64,000 bases of DNA from Candidatus Spongiisociaceae bacterium (GCA_965202665.1 OZ241841.1:832001-896000), one strand, 5' to 3'. Numbered from the stretch's first letter, positions 19,485 through 30,025 are shown. The notes: generated from the letters alone by a model not told the origin. Numbers and translations: made by a program.

Positions 19485-20732
19485 TCAGGCGGAGGCCGGA
19501 ACTTGCAACGAGCCCGACCCTGCACCGGGGCGGGGTTCGCCGGGGAGGCCCAATGCCCGTTCGCCCAGAATGTTTTTCTGCACCTCTTCGGTGCCGCCGC
19601 CGATGGTGAGGGCCCGGCTGAACAGGAACCCGCTCATGAACCGGCGCTCCTCCCCCGTCGGATGGCCCTCCCGCAGCAGGCCGTCGCCGCCCATGAGGTC
19701 CACCGCCAAATTCATCACCTTCTGGGCGAACCGATCCGATGCCAGTTTCTGGATGGCCGCCTCCATCCCCACCGGCCCGCCGCCGCCCCCGTTGCCGGAA
19801 CCGCCGCCGCCCACCGCCGCAGCCGTCAAAGCCCGCTCCTCCAAACAGTCGATGACCTTCTGTTCGATGAAGGCCTCCGCCAACCGATCCCGCAACAGGG
19901 GGTCATCCGCCGGCCGGGAGACGGCCCACTTCCAGAAGTCGGCGAAAGGCGGCCCCAGCCCCCACAGCATCCCCAAACCGGTGGACAGGCTGATCCGCTC
20001 GTTGGCCAAAGTAGTGACCGCCGCCCGCCACCCCCCGTCCACCTCCCCCACCACCATGGAAGCCGGAATCCGCACATCGGTCAGGAACACCTCGCAGAAC
20101 TCCCACTCGCCGGTCATCTGCCGGATGGGCCGCACCTCCACCCCCGGGGCGCGCATGTCCAGCAGAAAATAGGTTATGCCGTCGTGCTTGCCCGCCGCCG
20201 GGTTGGTGCGGGCCAGGAGAATCCCCCAGTCGGAATCATCCGCCCCCGAAGTCCAGATTTTCTGGCCGCTGACGATGAACTCATCCCCGTCCCGAATCGC
20301 CTTGGCGCTCAACCCGGCCAGGTCGCTGCCCGCGTCCGGTTCGGAAAACAGTTGGCACCAATGCTCCCGCCCGGCCAGCATCGGCTCCAAAAACCGCTCC
20401 TTCTGCTCCGGCGTCCCATGGGCCAAAATGGCGGGGCCGGCCCAGCCGATCCCGATGACGTTGGAAGGGGCCGGAGCCCCCGCCCGCACCAGTTCTTCGG
20501 TCACCACCCGTTTGTGAAGCAAAGTCAGCCCCCGACCCCCGTACTCCTCCGGCCAGTGGGGGGCCACCAGCCGGGCCTCCTGCAGTTTGGCGTGCCAAGC
20601 CCCCAGCGGGGTGCCGGCGGCGGTGGTGAAATGTCCCGCCTCCGCCGGATAGCGGGCCGGATCCCACTCCCGGCCCACAAACTCCCGCACCTCCCGCCGG
20701 AAAGCCCCCCGGTCGGGCGCCGCGCTGGTCAC
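19485..20732 (-). CDS. Acyl-CoA dehydrogenase
   Basis: WCQLFSEPDAGSDLA, GQKIWTS, TIGGGTEEVQKN. Confidence 0.95.
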   Translation of the reverse strand: MTSAAPDRGAFRREVREFVGREWDPARYPAEAGHFTTAAGTPLGAWHAKLQEARLVAPHWPEEYGGRGLTLLHKRVVTEELVRAGAPAPSNVIGIGWAGPAILAHGTPEQKERFLEPMLAGREHWCQLFSEPDAGSDLAGLSAKAIRDGDEFIVSGQKIWTSGADDSDWGILLARTNPAAGKHDGITYFLLDMRAPGVEVRPIRQMTGEWEFCEVFLTDVRIPASMVVGEVDGGWRAAVTTLANERISLSTGLGMLWGLGPPFADFWKWAVSRPADDPLLRDRLAEAFIEQKVIDCLEERALTAAAVGGGGSGNGGGGGPVGMEAAIQKLASDRFAQKVMNLAVDLMGGDGLLREGHPTGEERRFMSGFLFSRALTIGGGTEEVQKNILGERALGLPGEPRPGAGSGSLQVPASA

Positions 20733-20768
20733 TGAACTCCTCCTCCGCTTGACAACCTACGACCCATT

Positions 20769-21602
20769 TTACAAGGAGCGCAAATGGTCGGCGATTTCAG
20801 CCGCCGTCAAATCCGGCCGTTCCATTACCATCAGATGGCTCTGCCCGGTCATATAGGCGGTGACGATGTTGGGGAAACCGGCGGAAATGGCGGGCATGGT
20901 TTCGCTCAGCATGCTCCGCTCGTCGGAGACCAGCAACCGCACCGGAGCCTCCACCTCCCCGATATGGGCGAAGGCGCCGCATTCGGCGCTGGCTGCGAAA
21001 ACCTCCGACTCCGACTCCGGGGAAAGAACCAGGGCGGCGCCCTGCGGATGGGGACGGAACCCCCCCTCCAGGTAACCGGCGAAGGCCTCCTCGTGCCAGT
21101 CGGCGAACAACGGTTTGGAACGGTAGGAGCGGGCCGCCTCCTCCACCGACGGAAACACCGGTCGGCGCCGGGCGGCCAGAACCGACAGCGGGTTGTCCGG
21201 ACGGCGCCGGTAGGGGGGCGGCATGAGAACCGGCTCCACCAACACCATTCCGGCGAAAGTCCCCGGAGACAGGGTTTCGGCCATAACCACCGCCGCCCCG
21301 CCCATGGAATGGCCCACCCCCACCAGGCGGGCGCCCCCTCCCAACTCCTTCGCCAAGGCGGCCAGGTCCCGCCCAAACGTCCGCCAAGTGACCGGGGTCG
21401 GCAAAGCGGGCGATGAGCCGTGGCCGCGGGCGTCCCAAGCCGCAACGGAAGCCTCCACCCCCAGCTCCCGCAACCCGGCCACCGTCGGCCGCCACACCTC
21501 TTTGCAGAACCCGGTGGCGTGCCCCAGAAGCAACAGGACGTCCGGCGAGCCGGGGTAGCAGTCCGCGGCCAAACCGGCCGCCGTAACCGATTCAACTTTC
21601 AT
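20769..21602 (-). CDS. Alpha/beta hydrolase
   Basis: HATGF, DARGHG, GHSMGG, C-terminal His. Confidence 0.93.
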   Translation of the reverse strand: MKVESVTAAGLAADCYPGSPDVLLLLGHATGFCKEVWRPTVAGLRELGVEASVAAWDARGHGSSPALPTPVTWRTFGRDLAALAKELGGGARLVGVGHSMGGAAVVMAETLSPGTFAGMVLVEPVLMPPPYRRRPDNPLSVLAARRRPVFPSVEEAARSYRSKPLFADWHEEAFAGYLEGGFRPHPQGAALVLSPESESEVFAASAECGAFAHIGEVEAPVRLLVSDERSMLSETMPAISAGFPNIVTAYMTGQSHLMVMERPDLTAAEIADHLRSL

Positions 21603-21655
21603 AGGCGGCTTTCCCGTCGGGCGCCCGCCCCGCCGCCCCGGTAGTCTGAGGGCCC

Positions 21656-21880
21656 ATGACCTCCCCTATCACCAAAACCGTCCGCCTCGCCGGCCAAGCC
21701 GGCACCGTGGAGGACGCCATCTCCACCGTGCTGGGCCGGGCCGCCCACACCATCGAACGCATCCGCTCCTTCCGAGTGGTGGAAATCGGAGGCGAGGTGG
21801 CCCCGTCCGGGGTGGCGGCCGCATACCGGGTGACGGTGGACATCACATTCGAGGTGAAACCCGGAACCGAAGCCCGGTGA
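21656..21880 (+). CDS. Dodecin-family flavin-binding protein
   Basis: 74 aa, EDAI...A..TI..IR.F.VVEI.G...YRVTVDITF. Confidence 0.75.
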   Translation: MTSPITKTVRLAGQAGTVEDAISTVLGRAAHTIERIRSFRVVEIGGEVAPSGVAAAYRVTVDITFEVKPGTEAR

Positions 21881-21883
21881 CAA

Positions 21884-22672
21884 CTATTCGCCGGTGAAGC
21901 GGGGAGGGCGCTTCTCCAAGAAGGCCCGCACCCCCTCCCGGCCGTCGGCGCTGGCCGACAGGGCCCCGATGGAGCGGGCTTCCATTTCCATCTGCGTCTC
22001 CAACGTGGCCGACGAAGACTCCGCCAGCAATCTTTTCACCGCCCCGTAGGCCAAGGTAGGCCCGGCCGCCAAGCCCTCCGCCAGATCCCGGGCTTCGTCC
22101 AACAACCGTTCGTCTTCCACCACCCGGGTGATCAGCCCCCACTCGACGGCCTCTTCGGCGCTGAGCATCCGGTTGGTCAGCATCAACTCGGCCGCCCGGC
22201 GCATCCCCACCAGCCGGGGAACGAAAAAAGTGGAGCTGCCGTCCGGGGAGAGGGCGGCGGCCGTGTACTGGGAGGCGAAACGGGCCGAGGCGGCGGCCAG
22301 GGAAATGTCGCAGGCGGCGGCCAGGCTGAAACCGGCCCCGGCGGCCATTCCGTTCACGGCCGCGATCACCGGGGCGTCCATCCGGTTGAAACGGGAAACG
22401 GCGGCGTGGAAGTAGACGGTCATCTCTTTGATCAGCGACGCCGGGTCGTCCGTCTCCCCGAACGAGGCCAGGTCGCCCCCGGCGCAGAAAAACCGCCCGG
22501 CCCCGGTGATGATCACCGCCCGCACCTGCGGGGACTCATCGCAGTGCAGGGAGGCGTGCATCAACTCCCGCATCACCTCCATGTCCATGGCGTTGCCCCG
22601 TTCCGGGCGGTCCAAGGTGATGGTCGCCACCCCGTCCCCGGTTTCCATCCGAATCGTCTGAAAATCAAACAT
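21884..22672 (-). CDS. Enoyl-CoA hydratase/isomerase
   Basis: FCAGGDL, AAVNGMAAGAG, LSPDG, EGVRAFLEKR. Confidence 0.95.
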   Translation of the reverse strand: MFDFQTIRMETGDGVATITLDRPERGNAMDMEVMRELMHASLHCDESPQVRAVIITGAGRFFCAGGDLASFGETDDPASLIKEMTVYFHAAVSRFNRMDAPVIAAVNGMAAGAGFSLAAACDISLAAASARFASQYTAAALSPDGSSTFFVPRLVGMRRAAELMLTNRMLSAEEAVEWGLITRVVEDERLLDEARDLAEGLAAGPTLAYGAVKRLLAESSSATLETQMEMEARSIGALSASADGREGVRAFLEKRPPRFTGE

Positions 22673-22708
22673 TCGCCCCTCCTTTTCTACGCGGCGGCAT
22701 CCCCGGCG

Positions 22709-25408
22709 TCAGCAGTCGATGCGCCATGGGTCGACCGCCTCCGGGTCAATACCATACCGGTCTATGGCCTCGCCCACCGCCGACGGCTCCATCTCCCCCG
22801 ACTCGGCCAACTTGGAAAGCACGGCCACCGTCAAATGCGGGCCGTCCACTTCAAAAAACCGGCGCAGGGACTCGCGGGTGTCCGACCGTCCGAACCCGTC
22901 CGCCCCCAGCGATATGTAAGGCTGGCTGATCCAACGGGACACCTGGTCGGGCACCAATCGCATATAGTCGGTTACCGCCGCCACCGGGCCCTCCACTCCG
23001 GCCAAGTTGCGGGCGACCAACGGAGCCCGGGGCGGAAGCCCGGGGTGGAGCCGGTTCCACCGCTCGGTGGACAGGGCGTCGTCGCGCAACATCCCGTAGG
23101 AGGTGACGCTCCACAACTCCGCCCCGATCCCGTAGCGCTCCCACAGTTCGTCCCGCGCCCAGCGGGCCGCCCCCTGAGCGGGGCCGGAGAACAAAATCGC
23201 CGCCCGGCGGGAGCCGTCGCCGGGGGGGGCGGCGAACCGGTACATTCCCCGGATGATCCCCTCCCGGGCCCCTTCGGGCAGGGCGGGTTGCCGGTAAGTC
23301 TCGTTGTAGATGGTGATGTAGAAGATGATGTCGTCTTCGTCCACGTACATCCGTTGCAGCCCGTGCTCCGCGATCACCGCCAACTCGCAGGCGAAAGCCG
23401 GATCGTAGGAAACCACCCCCGGGTTGGTGGCGGCCAGGATGTGGCTGTGCCCGTCCTGATGTTGCAACCCCTCCCCGGCCAAAGTGGTGCGCCCGGCGGT
23501 GGCCCCCATCAGGAAACCGCGGGCCCGGGCGTCGGCCGCTTGCCAAATCAAATCCCCCACCCGTTGAAAACCGAACATGGAGTAGAAGGCGAAAAAGGGA
23601 ACGGTGGGGACCCCCCGGTCGGCGTAGGAAGTGCCGGAGGCGATGAAACTGCACATGGAACCGGCCTCGGTAATCCCCTCCTCCAGTATCTGGCCGTCCT
23701 GGGCCTCCTTGTAGGACAGAAGCAGGCTGGCGTCGATCGGTTCGTATTTCTGCCCTCCCGCGGCGTAGATTTTCAGCTCCCGGAACAGGGCGTCCATCCC
23801 GAAAGTGCGGGCCTCGTCGGGCACGATGGGCACCACCCGCTCCCCGAACTCCGGATCCCGGCACAGGGCCCGCAACATTCGGGCGAAAGCCATGGTGGTG
23901 GAAGCCTGCATGTCGCCGCTGCCCTCGTGGAACTCCCGGTAGACGGCCGGGTCGGGGAGGCGGAGCGGACGGCTGATGCGAACCTGACGGCGGGGCAGCA
24001 ACCCGTCTAGGAACTTGCGGCGCCCCATCATGTACTGGTATTCGGGGGAGTCCGTGCCGGGCCGGAAATAGGACAGTTCCCGGCCGTCCTCCAAATCTTC
24101 TTCGGGGATGTCCTCTTCCAGGCTGAGGCGCACCCGCAACTCCCGGAACTGCTCGTTGGACATTTTTTTGACCTGATGGGTGGCGTTGCGGCCTTCGATG
24201 TCCGGCCCCAAAGTCCATCCTTTGATGGTTTTGGCCAGGATGACGGTGGGCGCCCCCTCCTGTTCGGTGGCCGCCTTGTAAGCGGCGTACAACTTCTTGT
24301 AGTCGTGGCCGCCCCGGGGCAGTTTCTCCAAGTCGGAGTCGGACAGGTGGGACACCAACCGGCGCAAGCGCGGGTCGGGGCCGAAAAAGTTCTCCCGAAT
24401 CTCGGCCCCGGGGGTGTCGCTCCATCGTTGAAACTCCCCGTCCACGGTGGCGTTGAGCCGGTTCAACAGCACCCCGTCCACATCGCGGGCCAAAAGGTCG
24501 TCCCACCCCCATCCCCAAATCACTTTGATCACATTCCAGCCCGCACCCCGGAACACCGCCTCCAGTTCCTGGATGATCTTGCCGTTGCCCCGCACCGGTC
24601 CGTCCAGCCGTTGCAGGTTGCAGTTCACCACCCAAATCAGGTTGTCCAACTGCTCGCGGGCGGCCAAGGTGATCGAACCCAGCGTTTCCGGCTCGTCGGC
24701 CTCCCCGTCCCCCAGGAAGCACCACACCCGGGATTCGCCGGTGTCGTCCAAGCGCCGGTGGTGCAGATAGCGGTTGAACCGGGCCTGGTAGATGGAGGAT
24801 ATCGGACCCAGACCCATGGACACGGTCGGGTACTCCCAAAACTCGGGCATCAGCCGGGGATGGGGATAGGAGCTCAGCCCGTGGCCGGACAGCTCCCGGC
24901 GGAAGTTGTCCAAATGCTTCTCGTCAAGCCGGCGCTCCAAAAAGGCCCGGGCGTAAATGCCGGGGGCGGCGTGCCCCTGGAAGTAGACATGATCGCCCGG
25001 CTCCCCGTCGCTTTTGCCCCGGAAAAAATGGTTGAAACCCACCTCGTAGAGGGCGGCCGAGGAGGCGAAGGTGGACAGATGGCCGCCGATTCCCTCCGCC
25101 GCCTTGTTGGCCTTCACCACCATCACCGCCGCGTTCCACCGCACGAAACGGCGAATGCGCCGCTCCAAATGCTCGTCGCCGGGGAACCACGCCTGCTCTT
25201 CGGCGGGGATGGTGTTTACGTAGGGGGTGGAGATGGTGGCCGGATATCCGATCTGCAACTCCCGGGCCCGTTGCATGAGCGAGGAAATAAGGAACCGGGC
25301 GCGGGTGCGGCCGCGCTCCCCCGCCACCGCCTCCAACGACTCCATCCACTCCCGGGTCTCGTCGGGGTCGATGTCCGGCAGCTGATGGAAATATCCGTCG
25401 ATCATCAT
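22709..25408 (-). CDS. aceE: Pyruvate dehydrogenase E1, homodimeric type
   Basis: DIDPDETREW, GGHLSTFAS, YPHPRLMP, GDGEADEPE, GEGLQHQDG. Confidence 0.98.
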   Translation of the reverse strand: MMIDGYFHQLPDIDPDETREWMESLEAVAGERGRTRARFLISSLMQRARELQIGYPATISTPYVNTIPAEEQAWFPGDEHLERRIRRFVRWNAAVMVVKANKAAEGIGGHLSTFASSAALYEVGFNHFFRGKSDGEPGDHVYFQGHAAPGIYARAFLERRLDEKHLDNFRRELSGHGLSSYPHPRLMPEFWEYPTVSMGLGPISSIYQARFNRYLHHRRLDDTGESRVWCFLGDGEADEPETLGSITLAAREQLDNLIWVVNCNLQRLDGPVRGNGKIIQELEAVFRGAGWNVIKVIWGWGWDDLLARDVDGVLLNRLNATVDGEFQRWSDTPGAEIRENFFGPDPRLRRLVSHLSDSDLEKLPRGGHDYKKLYAAYKAATEQEGAPTVILAKTIKGWTLGPDIEGRNATHQVKKMSNEQFRELRVRLSLEEDIPEEDLEDGRELSYFRPGTDSPEYQYMMGRRKFLDGLLPRRQVRISRPLRLPDPAVYREFHEGSGDMQASTTMAFARMLRALCRDPEFGERVVPIVPDEARTFGMDALFRELKIYAAGGQKYEPIDASLLLSYKEAQDGQILEEGITEAGSMCSFIASGTSYADRGVPTVPFFAFYSMFGFQRVGDLIWQAADARARGFLMGATAGRTTLAGEGLQHQDGHSHILAATNPGVVSYDPAFACELAVIAEHGLQRMYVDEDDIIFYITIYNETYRQPALPEGAREGIIRGMYRFAAPPGDGSRRAAILFSGPAQGAARWARDELWERYGIGAELWSVTSYGMLRDDALSTERWNRLHPGLPPRAPLVARNLAGVEGPVAAVTDYMRLVPDQVSRWISQPYISLGADGFGRSDTRESLRRFFEVDGPHLTVAVLSKLAESGEMEPSAVGEAIDRYGIDPEAVDPWRIDC

Positions 25409-25534
25409 AAGCCCGCTCTCCTTTGCCTCTAACCGGGGAAACCCGGCCCCGCCGATATTCTACCCCGTCCGTTCCCGCCTCCGCCCCGACCGGCCGTTCC
25501 CGTCGCGCCCGGGCGAAACGGGTATCTTGGAGGT

Positions 25535-26713
25535 ATGAAATTTTGGGCCCTCGATCCGACGGTCAGTCATCTCAACCACGGCTCGTTCGGGGCCGTCCCG
25601 CTCCCGGTTCTGGAAGCCCAGCGGCGGTTGCGGGATCGGATGGAGGCCAATCCCACCCGCTTTATGCTGGAAACCTACCAACCGATGCTGGACGCGGCCC
25701 GGGAGCGGCTGGCCGAATACGTGGGTGCCGACCCGGAGGGGCTGGTTTTCGTCCCCAACGCCACCGCCGGGGTCAACGCCGTTTTGCGTTCCTTGGAATC
25801 AACTTTGCGGCCGGGGGACGAAATCCTCATCACCGACCACACCTACAACGCCTGCCGCAACGCGGCGCAGGTGTCGGCCGCCCGCACCGGGGCCGAGGTC
25901 GCCGTCGCCGGTTTCCCCTATCCGATAGCCGGGCCCGAACAAGTGACGGAGGGGGTGATGGCGGCCGTCACCGACCGCACCCGGCTGGTGATGCTGGACG
26001 CGGTGACTTTTTCGTCGGCCATCGTGCTGCCGCTCCGGGAAATCGTCGCCCGGCTGGAACCGGATACGGCGGTGCTGGTGGACGCCGCCCACGCCCCGGG
26101 AATGGTAGATTTCGACGTGGCCGAAATCGGGGCCTCCTACATCACCGCCAACTGCCACAAATGGATGTGCGCCGCCAAAGGGTCGGGGTTTCTCTATGTG
26201 CGCCCGGATCGCCGGAAAAGCATCTACGCGGCGGTGATCAGCCACGGCTACAACGGGGCCTGGCCCTCCACCGGCGGACGGCTGCATCAGCAGTTCGACT
26301 GGACCGGCACCGACGACCCCACCGCCTGGCTGACCATCCCGGAGGCGATCGACGCCATGGCCTCCCTGCAACCGGACGGGTGGGAGGGCGTGCGGCGCGC
26401 CAACCGCCGACTTTGCCTGCAAGGGCGGGATGCGCTTACCGGGGCTTTGGGCATCCCCCCGCCCGCGCCGGACGAAATGCTGGGTTCCATAGCCTCTTTC
26501 CCGTTGCCGGGGCCGGCCGGGTCGGGCGTGTTCGATCCGCTGATGGGGAGGTTGCGCTCGGAGTGGAACATGGAGGTTCCGGTGTTCGCCCACCTGGACC
26601 CCCCGCAACGGCTGTTGCGCATTTCCGCCCAGCAGTACAACCGCCCCGCCGAATACGAACGGCTGGCGGAGGCCCTGGCGGCGGAACTGAAACGGGAATC
26701 CTCTCTCGGGTAA
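25535..26713 (+). CDS. PLP class V aminotransferase (isopenicillin N epimerase / Cys desulfhydrase-like)
   Basis: HLNHGSFGA, VDAAHAPG, NCHKWMC, DWTGTDDP. Confidence 0.9.
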   Translation: MKFWALDPTVSHLNHGSFGAVPLPVLEAQRRLRDRMEANPTRFMLETYQPMLDAARERLAEYVGADPEGLVFVPNATAGVNAVLRSLESTLRPGDEILITDHTYNACRNAAQVSAARTGAEVAVAGFPYPIAGPEQVTEGVMAAVTDRTRLVMLDAVTFSSAIVLPLREIVARLEPDTAVLVDAAHAPGMVDFDVAEIGASYITANCHKWMCAAKGSGFLYVRPDRRKSIYAAVISHGYNGAWPSTGGRLHQQFDWTGTDDPTAWLTIPEAIDAMASLQPDGWEGVRRANRRLCLQGRDALTGALGIPPPAPDEMLGSIASFPLPGPAGSGVFDPLMGRLRSEWNMEVPVFAHLDPPQRLLRISAQQYNRPAEYERLAEALAAELKRESSLG

Positions 26714-26797
26714 TTCCGTTGCGGACAGAGGCGGGCGGCGGGCCGGGCCGGGTCGGTTTTCAACTTAAAATATTCCGGTGGTAAAGTGGGGCGCGTA

Positions 26798-26953
26798 ATG
26801 ACAACCCCCCCTGACATCACCCGCTTCATCGACGACTGGTTGATGGAGCGCCGAGACCAGATTTCGGAACTCACCGTGGACTTTGCGCTGGATGTGCGCA
26901 ACATGGTCCTGCAACTGGAGGAAGTGGAGGTTCGGGAGCCGGTCGGGGTCTAA
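26798..26953 (+). CDS. Small 51-aa acidic protein (below ORF-track cutoff)
   Basis: MTTPPDITRFIDDWLMERRDQISELTVDFALDVRNMVLQLEEVEVREPVGV; GC3-rich codons, fills the intergenic gap. Confidence 0.65.
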   Translation: MTTPPDITRFIDDWLMERRDQISELTVDFALDVRNMVLQLEEVEVREPVGV

Positions 26954-26969
26954 GCCCGCCCGGTCGGAC

Positions 26970-27815
26970 TCAGCGCAGTCCGGCGAACAAGTCGTCCTCC
27001 CGAAACGGAGCCTCCGTCGTGGAGAACACCCGTTGGAAGGTTTCGCTCCCCAACACCTGCGGCCATTCCTCCTCGGGAACCTGCAACATGAACCAGTCGT
27101 CGGGGATCTGGGTGCGATGGGCGCGGGCCGCCTCCACCTTTTGCCGAACCCAGGGCAGGACGTCCACCGTAGCGGTAATCTCCTCGTCGGGAACCCCCCC
27201 TTGGCGGGCCCGCTCGGCTTCCTCCTCGGTCATCCGTCCCTGCTTCACCCAGTTCTCCGCCATCCTCCGCACCCGGGAGCGGGTCCAGGCGCTCATGTAA
27301 AGCTTGGCCGCCCGCCACTCCGCTTGGCCGTCCTCCAGCGGGAAACGGCGCAGGTCGCGGGAACCGAAAAAAGCGGCCATGCCCACCCGATGCACCTGGA
27401 TATGGTCGGGGTGGCCGTATCCGCCGTAGGGGTCGTAGATGGTCATCACCTCCGGCCGATAGCGCCGTATCAGGGCCACCAATCGCCCCACCGCCTCCTC
27501 GAAGTCGGCCCGCCAGAAACAGTCGGGATGGCCGTTGGGTTCGGAATCCATCATTCCCGAATCCCGATATCCGAGGAAATGGTGATGCTCCACCCCCAGC
27601 ACCGCCAAGGCGTCGGCTAACTCCTTTTGCCGTATTTCCACCAGCCGGGGCTTGATATCATCCGGGTTGTCGTAGTTGTGAACCTCCCCTTCGGCCCCGT
27701 CGGTGGCGGTGACCACCACCACCTGCTCGCCCGCCGCCGCGTATTTGGCCAAGGTCCCGCCGGTAGAAGTCACCTCGTCGTCGGGATGGGCGTGAAATGA
27801 GAGCAGTCCGGGCAT
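26970..27815 (-). CDS. PIG-L deacetylase (Mca/MshB mycothiol family)
   Basis: HAHPDDE, YRDSGM, YDPYGGYGHPDHIQVH, AHRTQI. Confidence 0.9.
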   Translation of the reverse strand: MPGLLSFHAHPDDEVTSTGGTLAKYAAAGEQVVVVTATDGAEGEVHNYDNPDDIKPRLVEIRQKELADALAVLGVEHHHFLGYRDSGMMDSEPNGHPDCFWRADFEEAVGRLVALIRRYRPEVMTIYDPYGGYGHPDHIQVHRVGMAAFFGSRDLRRFPLEDGQAEWRAAKLYMSAWTRSRVRRMAENWVKQGRMTEEEAERARQGGVPDEEITATVDVLPWVRQKVEAARAHRTQIPDDWFMLQVPEEEWPQVLGSETFQRVFSTTEAPFREDDLFAGLR

Positions 27816-27908
27816 AGCCTCTCCTGTAGCGGGATGGTGCGCAAGATGCCAGGATACCCCAACCGCCGCCCGGCCCAAACGCGCGCCTGCGCCGCCCGCC
27901 CGGCCCGG

Positions 27909-28916
27909 CTATCCGCCTATGTAGCTCATTTCCACTTTGGGGAGGCGGACGGTGGCTTGGGAGCGCATCTCGGAGTAGCGGTCGGCGCGGGCCTCCCACA
28001 CCGCGGCGGCCGCGGCTGCGATCTCGTCTTCCCGGCCGCCCCGGCGTAGAACGGCGCGCAGATCGGTTCCGGTCGCCGCGAACAGGCAGGTGTAAAGCAT
28101 CCCCTCCGCCGACACCCGGGCCCGGGTGCAAGTGGAGCAGAAAGGGTTGGTGACCGAAGAGATGAAACCCACCTCGCCCGCGCCGTCCGCATACCGCCAG
28201 CGGCGGGCCACCTCCCCCGGATAGTTGGGTTCCACCGGCTCAATGGGGAAACGGGCGTTGACCGCTTCGATCAGCTCCGCCGCCGGAACCACCTCGTCCA
28301 TCCGCCATCCGTTGGTGACCCCCACGTCCATGTATTCAATGAAACGGAGAATGTGGCCGGTGTCTCGGAAATGCTCGGCCATTTCCACCACCCCGTCCTC
28401 GTTCACTCCCCGTTTGACCACCATGTTCACCTTTACCGCCAGCCCGGCCGCGGCGGCGGCGTCGATCCCGGCCAGCACCTCCGCCGCCGGAAACCCGACG
28501 TCGTTCATCGCCTGAAAGACCGCCTCGTCCATGGAGTCCAAAGAAACGGTGATGCGGGACAGCCCGGCCGCGGCCAAATCGGCCGCTTTCCGCTCCAGAA
28601 GCGACCCGTTGGTGGTCAATGTCACCTCGCAGTCGGTGGCCTCCGCCAGCATTTTGACAAGCCGTTCGATGCCTTTGCGCAACAACGGCTCCCCGCCGGT
28701 CAGCCGCAACTTGCGCACCCCCAACCGCTCAAAGGCCCGGGCGATGACGGTCAGCTCTTCGAAGGTGAGCAGCAGGTCGCGGGCCAGAAATTCGTATTCC
28801 CGGTTGAAGATCTCAGCGGGCATGCAGTAGCGGCAACGGAAGTTGCACCGGTCCGTAACGGACAGGCGCAAATCCCGCACCCCGCGGCCTGCGACGTCGA
28901 CTACCCGGTTTTCCAT
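27909..28916 (-). CDS. moaA: GTP 3',8-cyclase
   Basis: LSVTDRCNFRCRYCMP, FCSTCTRAR...TCLF, C-terminal MSYIGG. Confidence 0.98.
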   Translation of the reverse strand: MENRVVDVAGRGVRDLRLSVTDRCNFRCRYCMPAEIFNREYEFLARDLLLTFEELTVIARAFERLGVRKLRLTGGEPLLRKGIERLVKMLAEATDCEVTLTTNGSLLERKAADLAAAGLSRITVSLDSMDEAVFQAMNDVGFPAAEVLAGIDAAAAAGLAVKVNMVVKRGVNEDGVVEMAEHFRDTGHILRFIEYMDVGVTNGWRMDEVVPAAELIEAVNARFPIEPVEPNYPGEVARRWRYADGAGEVGFISSVTNPFCSTCTRARVSAEGMLYTCLFAATGTDLRAVLRRGGREDEIAAAAAAVWEARADRYSEMRSQATVRLPKVEMSYIGG

Positions 28917-29060
28917 GGAAACAGGATACATCATTCAGCGGAAACGCCCTCCGCAACCCCTCTGGGAAAATTTTTTTGCCGCTCTGACCTGGCATTTTGC
29001 GAGAACGCGAAAAAACGCCCTTGAAAAGTTTTTGAAAATTCGTATGTTGGGAATGTAGCG

Positions 29061-29597
29061 ATGAAAATCCTACGACTCTTCGGTTCCGGCAACACGGACG
29101 ACCGCACCGGCCTCAACCCCGTCGCCAGGCGGGTAGTGCGGGTCGCTCCCGGTTGCCGGCCCACACACCCGACGGCGGCGGCCGCTGTTCACCGCGCTGG
29201 CTTGCTTGGGGGCCAGCGCGGGGCCGCCGCCGTTCAGGTGTTGCTGTCCATCGCCGTCGGCCTGCTCTTCACCCTCACTTTGACCAACGCCCTGCTGATG
29301 CTGTACGGCCGCGCCGCTCTGCAACACGCGGCCGACGCCGGGGCGCGGGCGGGAAGCCGGGCCGGCGACGGTAACGAAGCCGCCGTCTGCCAACGGACGG
29401 CCGACCGGGTCATAGCCGACTTGGCCGCCCTTTACATCAGCCACGCCGCGGCCGCCTGCCGGCTGGCGGAGAACGCAGGCGGCGGCGAACTGGTGGCCGC
29501 CGTCGTCCAAGCCGACCTGCCGCCGGTGTTCGACGGGTTGGGACCGAGGTGGAATTTCACCATCCGCTCCGCATCCGTCCGGGAGCCGGGGCAATGA
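29061..29597 (+). CDS. TadE-like pseudopilin
   Basis: QRG|AAAVQVLL hydrophobic helix, LQHAADAGARAG. Confidence 0.75.
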   Translation: MKILRLFGSGNTDDRTGLNPVARRVVRVAPGCRPTHPTAAAAVHRAGLLGGQRGAAAVQVLLSIAVGLLFTLTLTNALLMLYGRAALQHAADAGARAGSRAGDGNEAAVCQRTADRVIADLAALYISHAAAACRLAENAGGGELVAAVVQADLPPVFDGLGPRWNFTIRSASVREPGQ

Positions 29598-30025
29598 ACG
29601 GCCTCCGCCTGCTCATCACCAGCCAGAAAGGCAGCGGGGCGGTGGAACTGCTGTTGATAACCGCCTTCATCCTGGTTCCGGCGGCGATGCTGCTGTTGGG
29701 CCTGCCCGCCCTGCTGGAATACCGCTCGCTGGGGGACGCCGCCGCCCGGGAAGCGGCGCGGGCTTGCGCGATCGCCCCCGACCCGGCCGCCGGCCAGCAA
29801 CGGGCGCAGGACGTAGCCCGCCGGATGCTGGGCGAACGGGGCTTGGACCCGCAACAGGTGGAAACCCGCATCGACTGCTCGCAGGAGTGGTCCCCGGGGA
29901 GCGAAGTCAGCGCCCGCATCTCCTATCTGGTCCCCGCGTTGCGCGTTTTGGGAATAGGGGATGTGGGGAGCATCCGGGTAAGCCGGTCCTACCGGGAAAA
30001 AATCCAGCCCTATCGCAGCCGATGA
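29594..30025 (+). CDS. TadE-like pseudopilin
   Basis: QKG|SGAVELLL, AAAREAARA, paired Cys. Confidence 0.85.
   Translation: MNGLRLLITSQKGSGAVELLLITAFILVPAAMLLLGLPALLEYRSLGDAAAREAARACAIAPDPAAGQQRAQDVARRMLGERGLDPQQVETRIDCSQEWSPGSEVSARISYLVPALRVLGIGDVGSIRVSRSYREKIQPYRSR

Noticed and set aside
28935-29060. Moco riboswitch upstream of moaA
   Set aside because: Only a small hairpin is visible; the conserved Moco RNA features are not recognisable
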